A stretch of DNA of 64,000 nucleotides, taken from NCBI GenBank assembly GCA_965197905.1, contig CBDAOB010000004.1, positions 1,952,001-2,016,000 of the forward strand, read 5' to 3'. Both the position numbers and the translations under genes were made by a program. This document shows positions 51,201-60,506 of this stretch, piece after piece (the stretch's first letter is position 1; the number at the start of each line of letters is the position of its first letter). The notes under the pieces were generated by a model that saw nothing but the letters and a program-made list of their open reading frames with translations, did not search any database and was not told the origin of the DNA. This DNA comes from Candidatus Latescibacterota bacterium (GTDB taxonomy: Bacteria; Latescibacterota; UBA2968; UBA8231).

Positions 51201-51479
51201 GCTCGGTACGATGCCATTATCCGCGGCGGCCAAAACCGTATGCGTCCCATTTTGATGACGGCTTTTACAACCATCCTCAACCTGATGCCGCTGGTGGTCC
51301 CCATGGTCTATGGCACCGCCGAGGGGTTCGCTCGCCGCTGGGGACCGGTCGGGTTGGTCGTCGTGTGCGGCTTGGCCAGCTCGACGGTGTTGACGTTGGT
51401 ATTTGCGCCTACGCTGTATTCGCTCACCGACGACCTTGCTCTGTGGTTGCGTCGGGTGATTCGCACCGCACGCGCGTAA
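48201..51479 (+). CDS. RND efflux permease subunit 2
   Basis: GMLVDPAVVCLE, GIVVNNGIVLID and RMRPILMT motifs. Confidence 0.93.
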   Translation: MKLSEIAVTRPVTMVMIAICMVVLGVVSLSRLPLEQLPAISSSGITVSADYPSSSPEEVERLIARPLEETLATMGNVDRINATSSRNGASVRVDFVAGTDMDLANMEIREYVDRARGLLPADLDRIRIRRWQSDQRPILYISMAWRGGGDRLLDIVTKVVEPRLLRIDGVANVTVRGVQEKQLIVELNQKQLESHDVALPALGRQLQRNNINVSIGRIRDGDQRYLARALGEFTQTDEIGKLPVRGGAFRLEDLGEVKYDYPEKRSFDRLNGVDAVTVQVYKSSAANVVQVATQVRTTLAKIGDQYGSDLDVEIVRDRAKSVMDELNNLKDAAFLGAFLAVGIIYLFLRNIRSTLVIGIAIPTAALCVFTGMYVAREFFESTITLNMVSMMGLMLAVGMLVDPAVVCLESIFRRRQEEGQDARAATLTGSNEVGMAVFASGLTTMCVFIPFFFLSTGRVSTWMRDAGMTICLAIAVSMIVALTLIPLATSRLFQDKLARLDPWIKRIVAGAALWFFGWKLQQAGWQGSLEWASAWVHRLAGTFAAIDWVSGVVLGVSLLTLGGLLRRMRKNGMRQSYVRLLGWTLRHRLTTLMASIALLGSGVYLYLQIEQRGTPWTPERRVDITVEIDRSYSLEEVAELFSTIESVILAKKSELDIESLSTNFQQRRGSITARLVDADAGRLTSMEAGRSIHKLLPPQVGVNYKMGRQRSWAGPLLGVEVQLQGPDPQVLEVLVEEVETRLERLGPVQDVDSSLEDGDEEILVEIDREQALEYGHSPREVATTIATALGTRRTSSFKAPEREIGIVLQLREEDRADLANLQNSRVSNSGENPVQLASLASFTARKGPKDLKREDRQRNVTVFANTESRRQAFQLMGTGKRPGQLTVEMSKMELPSGYSWDLGRSARWAQQDSQENNFTLLFALLLIYLIMASLFESLIHPFTIMLAIPFSLIGVALGLYAFSIPLDNNAILGLLILFGIVVNNGIVLIDHINQYRRQGMARYDAIIRGGQNRMRPILMTAFTTILNLMPLVVPMVYGTAEGFARRWGPVGLVVVCGLASSTVLTLVFAPTLYSLTDDLALWLRRVIRTARA

Positions 51480-51509
51480 ACCTCACCTTCAACCATCATC
51501 AGGGAAATT

Positions 51510-52868
51510 ATGCGATTAGAGCGTATCCTGGCCTTGGCTCTGTTGCTCTCGTCGGCAGCCTGGGCGAAAGTCTTAACGTTGGATGAATGTGTCGACCGAG
51601 CACTGCGTTTCAACGCCGACGTCCGCCTCGCGGAACATACCATGCAGAGGTCCGCGGCGGACGTGCGCGCCGCCCGCGCCGGTCTTCTCCCAAGCGTAAA
51701 CGTTACAGCTCTCGGGTACACCCGTTCCCGTACCGGACCCTCCATCCGCACCCAGGAAAACCCTACCGGAGAGACCGATCCGACGACCGGCCAGCGCATT
51801 TTCGCCGAGGAGGAAACCCAGATCCCGGCCATAGATCGAAACTCCTATTCCTTCAGCACGACCCTCAACCAGACCATTTTCGATGGCAACCGTCGTTTGA
51901 ATACGTGGCGCTCGGCCCGCCGCGAAGAAAAGGGTGCTGAGTGGAGTTTCAAGGGACGCCAAGCGACGGTTGCCGCCGCCGCCAAACAGGCGTACTACCA
52001 GCTGCTGAAGGCGACTGAGTTGGTCCAGGTTCAGGAGCAGGCCATGCTACTCAGCGAAAAGCGATTGGAAGAAGCCCGCGCCCGTCACCAGGTAGGCTCA
52101 GGCACCCGGGTCGATGTGTTGCGGCTCCAAGTCGCCCAGGAAAACGCGCAGGTTCAACTGTTGAATGCAGAGGAAAGCGTCGCCCTCGCACGGGCCGAGC
52201 TCAATCACATCATGGGCGAAGAGATTACCGCGAAAACCGAGATACAACCCATCGATGCCACGGCTTGGAAGGAGATCGGAAACTCGGATGACGTGGCCTC
52301 CACGCTGGCCGACGTAGAACGAAAGAATCCATCGCTGTTGGCCGTGCAGGCCGGCCTCGCCGCCGCCGAGACCAGCCTCAAAGCCACTCGGGCGGCCCGC
52401 TATCCACAACTGAACGGCAGTGTCAACTACAGCCGCAACAACGAGGTTTTCGACCGCATCTACCAGGACTTGGATCAAAACTACCGGCTAAACCTGAGAC
52501 TCACGGTTTCCTATGACATCTTCGATGGTGGGATAAAAAGCGCCAGCATCGACCGCTCTCGAGCTGCACTCGAATCGGCGCGGATCGAACTGGAAAAAGA
52601 GGAGCGCGAGCTGGCGTTGGCGGTGGAAACGGCCCGACTGGGCCATGTTCGGTTGTCCAAGGTGTTCCGCATCGCCGAACGTACCGTGGAGCTGGCGCAG
52701 CAGGATCTGCTCATGGCGGAGGAGCGCTACCGCGTCGGCAAGGGCCGTTTGCTGGAGGTCCTGGACGCCCAAGTGGGATTTATCGAAGCGAAAAACAATC
52801 TGGTCAGAAGCCGGTACGATCTCATGAACTCCCGCGCCGAGCTGCAACGTTTGCAAGGAACCTGGTAG
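51510..52868 (+). CDS. TolC-family outer-membrane efflux protein
   Basis: Signal peptide; repeated OEP helices (ERYRVG...LEVLDAQ); last gene of the RND operon. Confidence 0.9.
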   Translation: MRLERILALALLLSSAAWAKVLTLDECVDRALRFNADVRLAEHTMQRSAADVRAARAGLLPSVNVTALGYTRSRTGPSIRTQENPTGETDPTTGQRIFAEEETQIPAIDRNSYSFSTTLNQTIFDGNRRLNTWRSARREEKGAEWSFKGRQATVAAAAKQAYYQLLKATELVQVQEQAMLLSEKRLEEARARHQVGSGTRVDVLRLQVAQENAQVQLLNAEESVALARAELNHIMGEEITAKTEIQPIDATAWKEIGNSDDVASTLADVERKNPSLLAVQAGLAAAETSLKATRAARYPQLNGSVNYSRNNEVFDRIYQDLDQNYRLNLRLTVSYDIFDGGIKSASIDRSRAALESARIELEKEERELALAVETARLGHVRLSKVFRIAERTVELAQQDLLMAEERYRVGKGRLLEVLDAQVGFIEAKNNLVRSRYDLMNSRAELQRLQGTW

Positions 52869-52895
52869 CCCGACAACCGCACTTATTGCGAGACA

Positions 52896-52936
52896 AAACA
52901 AAGCGGGACGACCGCCTGGCGATCGTCCCGCTCTTC
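52896..52936. terminator. Probable bidirectional intrinsic terminator
   Basis: AGCGGGACGA-N11-TCGTCCCGCT stem with an A-rich 5' flank, between convergent genes. Confidence 0.65.
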
Positions 52937-52969
52937 GCAGCTAACGGGGGGAGTCAGTTGCCAGCCGTT

Positions 52970-53761
52970 TTAGAATACGCCGTGGTCGACGAATCTAACG
53001 GTGATGGCTGCATCTGGCGAGCCGCTAACCAGTTTGAGGTTATACACCTCGGGTCCGACGAGAACCAGGGTGTGGAACGCATCTTTGCCCATCGAGGTAT
53101 CGAATTCGACGGCGCCATCGCTTTCGCGGACGATCTCGAAAACGATGTCGCTGCCGCGGATCGCCTCGATATCGAAGCAGCCAGCCGCTCGGCCTTCGGG
53201 CAAGCTGATCGCCTGGGCATTGAAACCCTCGACGTTGCAGACGGTGCGGAAAATCAGATTGCCTTCGGTCTCGGCACAGGCCTCACCCTCGGCCTGGGGT
53301 CCCATCTCGTTGGTAACCAATTCGTCGGTGCACTCAGGCGGATGAGGTTTGCCTTCCAAACCTTCATCACCTTCGCTCACGCCCATGTGCTCACCTTCGG
53401 GCGGCGGTTCTCCTTCTGGGGGCGGTTCGCCTTCGGGCGGTTCGCCTTCCGGTGGGGGCTCGCCTTCTGGGGGCGGGGCCGGCATCCACACGTCGGCGAC
53501 CCAGGCGCGCAGTTCGTCTAGGTTCAGCTCACCGTTGCCGTCGGCGTCCATCATACCGAACATGATCTCGACGACCTGGGCCTTGGCTTCCTCTGGATCT
53601 TCGGACATCTCCACATCCTCCGGCTTCTCCGTTCCTTCCGGGGGCTGCAGAATGAGCTTCGGCGGACTATCCGGCGGCGGCTCGTGGTGGTCTGCCTGGG
53701 TGAGGACTGGAAAAGCAGCCATCAATCCCAAGCATACGATTAAGGTCAGTCTCCTGATCAT
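52970..53761 (-). CDS. Secreted acidic protein with an EF-hand and (P)PPEGE repeats
   Basis: Signal peptide ending TQA; DADGNGELNLDEL EF-hand loop; GAGGAG RBS. Confidence 0.7.
   Translation of the reverse strand: MIRRLTLIVCLGLMAAFPVLTQADHHEPPPDSPPKLILQPPEGTEKPEDVEMSEDPEEAKAQVVEIMFGMMDADGNGELNLDELRAWVADVWMPAPPPEGEPPPEGEPPEGEPPPEGEPPPEGEHMGVSEGDEGLEGKPHPPECTDELVTNEMGPQAEGEACAETEGNLIFRTVCNVEGFNAQAISLPEGRAAGCFDIEAIRGSDIVFEIVRESDGAVEFDTSMGKDAFHTLVLVGPEVYNLKLVSGSPDAAITVRFVDHGVF
53391..53476 (-). repeat. Coding tandem repeat, five (P)PPEGE units
   Basis: PPPEGEPPPEGEPPEGEPPPEGEPPPEGE in the translation. Confidence 0.85.
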
Positions 53762-53947
53762 CTCAGTACTCCTCTCGATTGGGGGTGAATAAATCAGGCA
53801 AGGTTGTTTTCAAATCTCGTAACGGTTTTCAATACGGTTTAAAAAACCCTCCTTTCGACCGACATCAGATTGTGACCTGCTGGTTGGGTCGACAGGTACA
53901 ATCTACAACACCGGCCCTCACGCGGCCGTGAGGAATATCACCGTCAA

Positions 53948-53967
53948 ATTGTGAGGGCCGTCACAAT
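53948..53967. promoter_or_regulatory. CRP/FNR-family-like operator
   Basis: ATTGTGA-GGGCCG-TCACAAT, a perfect TGTGA-N6-TCACA site in a divergent intergenic region. Confidence 0.55.
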
Positions 53968-54164
53968 AGAAGGCCATCAAAGTACAAAACTTTGAGGGGG
54001 GCAACAACTCGAAAGTGATATCGACGCCTCTCTGGAGCAGCCGCATTCTCTCGCTCTCCGTTCCGTAACACATTGAAAAACATATCCTTAGGGGATATCA
54101 TTCGCTACCCCCAGATTGCCGGTCTCACGGCAAAACAGTAGATTTACTCAACTTCGAGGTTTAT

Positions 54165-55424
54165 ATGGAAATCTTGGGTGGACCGGTTTTTGGTGTTGCA
54201 GGTGCTGGCGAATCGCACGGCCCGGCTATTACTACGATCGTCTTCGGGTGTCCTCCGGGGCTTCGGTTGGACCGGGCTAGCATTCAATCGTATCTGAACC
54301 GGCGGCGCCCGGGAAGCAACAAGCTGGGAACTCCCCGCCGGGAAACAGACGAGGTGGTCTTACTGTCCGGCCTCTTCTCCGAGGGCAGCGAGACCCTGTT
54401 CTCTGGACCGCAACTGTCTGTAAAAAGTGAACTTGGAGATTCCTCGACCGTTTCTTACGAGAGTGGGCATACCACGGGAGAGCCGATCGCGGCGGTCGTC
54501 CTATCCGCGGCCAAACGATCGGCGGATTACGAGCAGCTCGCCGGTCCGGAAGGGGAGGTGCGTCCGGGCCACACCGATCTGGTCAAACACTTTAAGTCGA
54601 GGGGGTTCGACGATTTTCGCGGTGGAGGTCGATCCAGTTTTCGCTCGACCATTTCCGACGTGATCGGTGGTTCAGTGGCTCGCATCTACTTGGAGGAGCG
54701 CTTGGGAACGGTCATCTTCTCCTCCATCTGCCAGGTAGGCGAACTTCGCGCCGAGAAACGGCTTTCCGAGCATTGTGAAGAGCTTACCGCAGCCTCGCGA
54801 CCCATCCAACCTCAACAGCTGGCGGACATTCGGGTGCGTCTCGAAGCGTCGGAGGAGATCCAAACGTGGGACGCCGATTTTGCCGTCGCCGCTAGCGATC
54901 TGATTCGTTCGGTCCGCAGGGACGGCGATTCGCTCGGAGCAGCCGTAGAGATCGTGGCGGTAAATGTGCCCGCGCTCGTCGGCGAGCCTCTCTATCAAAG
55001 CTTGAAGCTGCGGCTCATGGGTGCGCTGGGAGGACTGCACGCGGTGCAGTCCTGCGAGGTCGGTTCGGGAAGTGAAGTCATAGCGCGAAAGGGTAGCGCC
55101 AACAATGACCCGATTCGCGCCTTAGGGTATACCAGCAACCATCATGGGGGCATGTTGGGTGGCATTACGACCGGCATGCCCATCGTTTGCCGCGTCGGGT
55201 TCAAACCAACCTCATCGATCAAACTACCGCAGGAGTCGGTGCGCAAGAATTTAGATGAGATCGAGTTTAGGTTGAAAAAGGGACGTCACGATCCTTGCGT
55301 AGGCGTACGCGCCGGTGTGACTCTGGAATCGCGACTCGCCATCGAGCTCATGAACGCGGTTTTGATGCACCAAACCAAGGACCTCGACCCCCGGGACTAC
55401 CAACTGTTTCCAGATCCTTCCTAG
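54165..55424 (+). CDS. aroC: Chorismate synthase (divergent)
   Basis: GESHG, RRRPG, RPGHTD, RGGGRSS.R, SNHHGGMLGGITTG, FKPTSSI and GRHDPC motifs. Confidence 0.9.
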   Translation: MEILGGPVFGVAGAGESHGPAITTIVFGCPPGLRLDRASIQSYLNRRRPGSNKLGTPRRETDEVVLLSGLFSEGSETLFSGPQLSVKSELGDSSTVSYESGHTTGEPIAAVVLSAAKRSADYEQLAGPEGEVRPGHTDLVKHFKSRGFDDFRGGGRSSFRSTISDVIGGSVARIYLEERLGTVIFSSICQVGELRAEKRLSEHCEELTAASRPIQPQQLADIRVRLEASEEIQTWDADFAVAASDLIRSVRRDGDSLGAAVEIVAVNVPALVGEPLYQSLKLRLMGALGGLHAVQSCEVGSGSEVIARKGSANNDPIRALGYTSNHHGGMLGGITTGMPIVCRVGFKPTSSIKLPQESVRKNLDEIEFRLKKGRHDPCVGVRAGVTLESRLAIELMNAVLMHQTKDLDPRDYQLFPDPS

Positions 55425-55506
55425 GCCCTGACACCTTACTTTCGACCGCAGCCCGCGGCGGGTTGCATGTTTACCCTCCAGAGCTGGGCAAGCAAAGAGA
55501 AGCCGA

Positions 55507-58233
55507 GTGGCTAACGAGCTGTCTGGACGAACGATGAAACAATCCTTCGACTTCGACGAAATCGGCAGATTGCCCGAGGTTGGCGACAACGTTGCCATCG
55601 CCACCCAGGCCCTCGAGCCGGGCACCACGATCTGCCACGACGACGCAAGCTTTGAGCTCGAAAGCCATGTCATGGAAGGGCACCGTTTTGCTACCGCCCC
55701 GATCGCAGAAGGTGACTACCTGCTCTCATGGCAACTGCCCTTCGGTCGAGCGCTGCGGCGCATCAAGGCGGGCGAGTACGTGTGCAACCGCGAGATTCTG
55801 GATGCGCTCAGTGTCCGCCGGTTGGACGTTGCCCTTCCCACGGAGCCGAACTTCGAAGATTGGCACAGCGAATACGCCTTGGACCCCGCCAGCGTTCAAC
55901 TGGGGCATCAGGTGTCCTCGGCCAAGGATGTGGGGTCCTTCCAGGGTATCGTCCGCCCGGGAAACAGAGGGGTAGGGACCAGAAATTATATAGTGGTTCT
56001 AGGAACGAGCTCGCGTACGTCCGGGTTCGCCCAGCTCTTGGCCGGACGACTGCAGCAGGATGTTGAATCGTGCAAACACATTGATGGCGTCGTCCCGATC
56101 GCCCACACCGAGGGAGGGGGCGAGGCAACGCCGAACAACCTCCAGCTGGTTTTGCGCACCATGGCAGGATTAATGGTGCACCCAAACGTCGGTGCGGTGC
56201 TGGCGGTGGACAGCGGCTCCGAGGCGATCAACAACCAGCTGTTGGCGCATTTCATGGAAACCGAGAACTACCCCCTGAGGCAGGTTCCGCATCGGTTCAT
56301 GTCGTTGGATCGGACCTTCGACGAAGCGTTGGCCGCCGGTGTAGAATGCCTGCGGTCATGGATCGAGCCGGTGGACGCCCTGCACCGGTCTGAACAGTCT
56401 CTCTCCAAACTCAAGCTCGCGCTCCAATGCGGTGGGTCGGACGCTTTCTCGGGGATCTCGGGCAATCCGTTGGCCGCTTGGATTGCCATGGAAGTTATCC
56501 GCGGCGGCGGGAGCGCAAACCTCGCCGAGACCGACGAGCTGATCGGCGCGGAGCCGTACGTCCTGCAAAACGTACGCGACGTGGAGACCGCCGAGCGCTT
56601 CCTGGCCATGATCAAACGTTTCAAGACATGGTCCGCCTGGCATGGAAATTCGGCTGACTCGAATCCATCTGGTGGCAACAAGCTGCGCGGCATTTACAAC
56701 ATTGTGCTCAAATCGATCGGTGCGGCGCGGAAGCGGCATCCGTCGGTACGTCTCGACTACGCCATCAATTACGGTGAATTGATGCAGCGGCCGGGGTACT
56801 ATTTCATGGACAGTCCCGGCAACGATCTGGAAAGCATAGCAGGGCAGGTAGCGGGGGGTTGTAATCTGATCTTCTTCGTAACGGGAAATGGATCGATCAC
56901 CAATTTTCCGATCGTTCCAACGATCAAGATCGTCACGACCACCAAGCGCCATGCTATGTTATCCAAGGAGATGGATGTCAACGCCGGAGCGTTCTTGGAT
57001 GGAACGCCAATGGAGGAATTGGGACGGCAAACCCTCGACCTGTCCGTGGCAGTAGCGTCGGGTCAACGAACTTCCGGCGAAGCTGCAGGGCATGCCCAGG
57101 TGCAGCTGTGGCGCAATTGGCAGCAAAACGATGGGACACAGCTGAACGAGCTCCTGAACCCGAGGTTACCGCCCGGGCAAGCGATCCCCATTCGAAACTA
57201 CGGCTCCGCGCTAGCGCTCAAGATAGAAGCGTTGCGAACTCCACGTGGGCCTGCCCTCGATCGGATCGGTCTGGTCTTGCCCACCAGCCTGTGTTCGAGT
57301 CAGATAGCCCGCATGACGGCAGAGGCCCTAAACACCAAGGGCATCGGACGAGAGCAGGGGATCTCGCGTTTCGTCGCCCTGGTGCATACCGAAGGGTGCG
57401 GCGTCTCCAGCGGTTATGCAGAGGATCTCCAATTGCGCACGCTGGTGGGGTATCTGACCCATCCCCTGGTGCACCGAGCATTTCTGATCGAGCACGGCTG
57501 TGAAAAAACCCACAACGACTACCTCCGCATCGAGCTCGAAAAGCTCGGAAAAGACCCAGGGGACTTCGGCTGGGCAAGCATCCAGTTGGATGGAGGGATA
57601 GAGGCGGTGTTGGGAAAGGTTGAAGATTGGTTTGCTGCGGAACTTGCCGCCGAGCCGGCGGCGGAGGTGGTTGAAGCAGGACTGGAAAGCTTGAGCGTCG
57701 GCCTCCTAGGGGCCGGCAAGGTGTCCGGCGAGGCTGCCACAGCTTTGCGGCAGGTGGCCGCCAACATCGTCTCAGAAGGCGGTACCGTAATCGTTCCGGA
57801 GAACGCACCTTTTGCCTTCGTGGAGCCGTTTTCAGCGCTCTACGAGGGAGCGCAGCCACTGGCCTCGCTGGGTTACGGCATGCCGCCGCTACAGCCGGGA
57901 TTCCATCTCATGGAGACGCCCACCGAGCACTGGGTGGAAACCCTCACCGGCTTGGGTGCCGCTGGAGTAGGAACTATAGTGGCCTACATCGGCGACCAGG
58001 CCGAACAGGGACATCCGCTCGTTCCGCTTCTGCGCGTTTCCGCGGAGGCGGCCCCCGCTCGTCATTTCGAAGCAGATCTCGATCTCGTGCTCGGGCAGGA
58101 CGTCGATTCCTGGGGTGATGCGCTGCTGCGTCTTCTTGCCGATACAGCTTCACGCCGGTACCAGCCTCGGGTGCTCGCCCAACGGAACACCGACTTTCAA
58201 CTTACGCGAGGTCTGCTGGGCACCTCGGCTTAG
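55507..58233 (+). CDS. UxaA/GarD-family sugar-acid dehydratase with an internally duplicated architecture
   Basis: SAF-like N-terminus (DNVAIA, GHRFA); GVGTRNY, QCGGSDAFSG..GNP, NPSGGN, DSPGND and TGNGS motifs; second repeat with HTEGCG and EHGCEK. Confidence 0.8.
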   Translation: MANELSGRTMKQSFDFDEIGRLPEVGDNVAIATQALEPGTTICHDDASFELESHVMEGHRFATAPIAEGDYLLSWQLPFGRALRRIKAGEYVCNREILDALSVRRLDVALPTEPNFEDWHSEYALDPASVQLGHQVSSAKDVGSFQGIVRPGNRGVGTRNYIVVLGTSSRTSGFAQLLAGRLQQDVESCKHIDGVVPIAHTEGGGEATPNNLQLVLRTMAGLMVHPNVGAVLAVDSGSEAINNQLLAHFMETENYPLRQVPHRFMSLDRTFDEALAAGVECLRSWIEPVDALHRSEQSLSKLKLALQCGGSDAFSGISGNPLAAWIAMEVIRGGGSANLAETDELIGAEPYVLQNVRDVETAERFLAMIKRFKTWSAWHGNSADSNPSGGNKLRGIYNIVLKSIGAARKRHPSVRLDYAINYGELMQRPGYYFMDSPGNDLESIAGQVAGGCNLIFFVTGNGSITNFPIVPTIKIVTTTKRHAMLSKEMDVNAGAFLDGTPMEELGRQTLDLSVAVASGQRTSGEAAGHAQVQLWRNWQQNDGTQLNELLNPRLPPGQAIPIRNYGSALALKIEALRTPRGPALDRIGLVLPTSLCSSQIARMTAEALNTKGIGREQGISRFVALVHTEGCGVSSGYAEDLQLRTLVGYLTHPLVHRAFLIEHGCEKTHNDYLRIELEKLGKDPGDFGWASIQLDGGIEAVLGKVEDWFAAELAAEPAAEVVEAGLESLSVGLLGAGKVSGEAATALRQVAANIVSEGGTVIVPENAPFAFVEPFSALYEGAQPLASLGYGMPPLQPGFHLMETPTEHWVETLTGLGAAGVGTIVAYIGDQAEQGHPLVPLLRVSAEAAPARHFEADLDLVLGQDVDSWGDALLRLLADTASRRYQPRVLAQRNTDFQLTRGLLGTSA

Positions 58234-58251
58234 GCGCCGCCAGCCTTATCG

Positions 58252-59328
58252 CTAGCGGCGCTGCATCAATTCTACGAAGTAGTCGAAGAGGTGAAAGCTG
58301 TCGTGGGGTCCGGGCGACGCTTCCGGATGGCACTGAATGGAAAAAATCGGTAGTTCCCGGTGGCGCATGCCCTCCACACACCGATCATTAAGATTCTCAC
58401 GGGTTATCTCCAAACATGCGGGTAACGAATCCGCCTCGATCCCCCACCCGTGATTTTCCGATGTAATCAAGACGCGACCGGTGGTGTTTTCCTTGATGGG
58501 TTGATTGGCACCCCGGTGGCCAAATTTGAGTCGGAAGATGGTCGCACCAAGTGCCAGCCCGAGAATTTCATGGCCAAGACATATTCCGAAGATGGGACGT
58601 TGCCCTATCAGCTGTTTGCAGGTATCGATGGCGTACTTCAAGGGTCTGGGATCGCCCGGTCCATTGGAAAGGAAGATTCCGTCTGGCTTCAACTCTAGAG
58701 CTTGATCGGCGGAAGTCGTGGCCGGTACGACCGTCACTCGGCAACCGGCGTCGACGAGTTTGTTGACTATGTTCCGCTTGATGCCGTAGTCAAACGCGAC
58801 CACGTGATGAGCTGCGTCGGCGGCTCCGGCTGCGTACGGCTCGCGGCAAGTAACCTCCTGAACCAGATCTACACCTTCGAGCCCGTCCCACCCTCGCGCC
58901 TTGTCCGCCAAGCTCGCGGGGTCGAGGTCCTCGGTGGATATCGCCGCGTTCATCACTCCGTGTATGCGAACGCGCCGGGTTAGCTCGCGAGTATCGATCC
59001 CCTCGACGCTGATGATCCCATGCTCCCGCAGGTAATCGGGCAGAGACTGGGTCGAACGCCAGTTGCTGGGGATGCGGCTCGATTCCTTGATCACGAACCC
59101 GCGGACGTGTGGTCGGTCCGATTCGTTATCGTCGGGATTGACGCCGTAGTTCCCAATCAGAGGATAGGTCATGGCGACCATTTGACCGGCGTAGGAAGGG
59201 TCAGTGAGGATCTCCTGGTAGCCCGTCATGCTTGTGTTGAACACCATTTCCCCACGGGACTCGCCGCGGGCGCCGAAAGAGCGACCTTCGAAAACCGTGC
59301 CGTCCGCCAAAGCCACCAAGGCCCGCAT
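58252..59328 (-). CDS. carA: Carbamoyl-phosphate synthase small subunit
   Basis: FNTSMTGYQE.LTDPSY, SNGPGDP, GICLGH and HPEASPGPHD motifs. Confidence 0.95.
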   Translation of the reverse strand: MRALVALADGTVFEGRSFGARGESRGEMVFNTSMTGYQEILTDPSYAGQMVAMTYPLIGNYGVNPDDNESDRPHVRGFVIKESSRIPSNWRSTQSLPDYLREHGIISVEGIDTRELTRRVRIHGVMNAAISTEDLDPASLADKARGWDGLEGVDLVQEVTCREPYAAGAADAAHHVVAFDYGIKRNIVNKLVDAGCRVTVVPATTSADQALELKPDGIFLSNGPGDPRPLKYAIDTCKQLIGQRPIFGICLGHEILGLALGATIFRLKFGHRGANQPIKENTTGRVLITSENHGWGIEADSLPACLEITRENLNDRCVEGMRHRELPIFSIQCHPEASPGPHDSFHLFDYFVELMQRR

Positions 59329-59436
59329 CGCCTATCCTTCTCTTTAAAATTCGGGGATGGTTGAACACAGCCTGCTCGACACCGTCCATGGTGCGAGGTA
59401 GCGTGTGAAGATAATAAGGAAGGCGGAGAAACGACG

Positions 59437-60474
59437 CTATGGGCGTCGCCGGACAATGCTGTGCTGGCGTCGGCGCGCACTCTCCTGCATATCCACCGCC
59501 GGATCGAACTCGCCCACAATCTCGACGCCGACGATCTCTTCGAGAACATCCTCGAGGGTGATGATTCCGGCGAAGTCACCGTATTCATCCGCTACCAAGA
59601 ACAGATGTTCCCGACGCTGCAGGAATTCCTTGAGGAGCTGGTCTAGTCGCGCCAGCTCCGGAACGAAATGGGCTCGGCGCTCCAACGCCGCCAGGGTCAG
59701 GTCATCTCGACCATCGGCGAGTGCGGTAAAGACTTCTCGCCGCATGACGAGCCCGATCATCGACTCTTTACTCTCGTCATACAGCGGAACCCGGCTATGG
59801 GGCCAACCGCCTCCCTGTTCTCGGGCTTCGCTCAAGGTCAAATTGCGATCCAGAGACATCACTACCGTTCGCGGGGTCATAACATCACCTGCGCGCAATC
59901 CGTGCAGGTTCAGAATATTGCGAATGATGCGCTCCTGCTCCGGGGCAATCGAGCCGGCTTGGCGACCCATCCTAGCGATGATCTTGATCTCATCCGCGGA
60001 GATGTCTTGGGTCGCAGAGGCGCTGCGGGTGATAAGACGGGTAATGAACTGATTCAACCATATGAGTGGAGTGAAAAACCAGACCAGCCATTGTATTGGG
60101 CCGGCAATGAATCTGGCCAGCGATCGTGCGTAGAGCACCCCGACGGTCTTGGGAACAATCTCGGAGAAAACGAGGACTGAAAGGGCCAAAGCTCCGGTAA
60201 AATAGACCTCACTACTGCGGCCGAACACGCCGGCGAAAGCGGCCCCGGCAATTGCGGCCCCGCCGGTGTTGGCCAGGGTGTTCAGCGACAGAATGGCAGA
60301 TATGGGACGTTGAATATCCGCATAGAGGGCCTTGAGGATCTTACCGGACTTGCGACCCTGATTCGCCAGCAACTCGATCTGGCTTGTCGAGACTGAATAA
60401 AGAGCCGCCTCAAGGACGGAACACACGCACGAAATCGACAATACGGCCGCGGTGGCAATGATGAGTTCAGTCAT
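59437..60474 (-). CDS. CNNM/CorC-HlyC family (DUF21 + CBS) membrane protein
   Basis: CSVLEAAL.S, FSEIVPK, VMTPR, HSRVP and TLEDVLEEIVG motifs. Confidence 0.88.
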   Translation of the reverse strand: MTELIIATAAVLSISCVCSVLEAALYSVSTSQIELLANQGRKSGKILKALYADIQRPISAILSLNTLANTGGAAIAGAAFAGVFGRSSEVYFTGALALSVLVFSEIVPKTVGVLYARSLARFIAGPIQWLVWFFTPLIWLNQFITRLITRSASATQDISADEIKIIARMGRQAGSIAPEQERIIRNILNLHGLRAGDVMTPRTVVMSLDRNLTLSEAREQGGGWPHSRVPLYDESKESMIGLVMRREVFTALADGRDDLTLAALERRAHFVPELARLDQLLKEFLQRREHLFLVADEYGDFAGIITLEDVLEEIVGVEIVGEFDPAVDMQESARRRQHSIVRRRP

Positions 60475-60506
60475 GCGTTGAATGTTGCGCGGAACGCGCT
60501 CCCAAC

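Noticed and set aside
53391..53476. CRISPR-like or other non-coding repeat array
   Set aside because: The repeats have no spacers and are in-frame coding repeats; the same applies to 60859-61026 and about 6995-7060.
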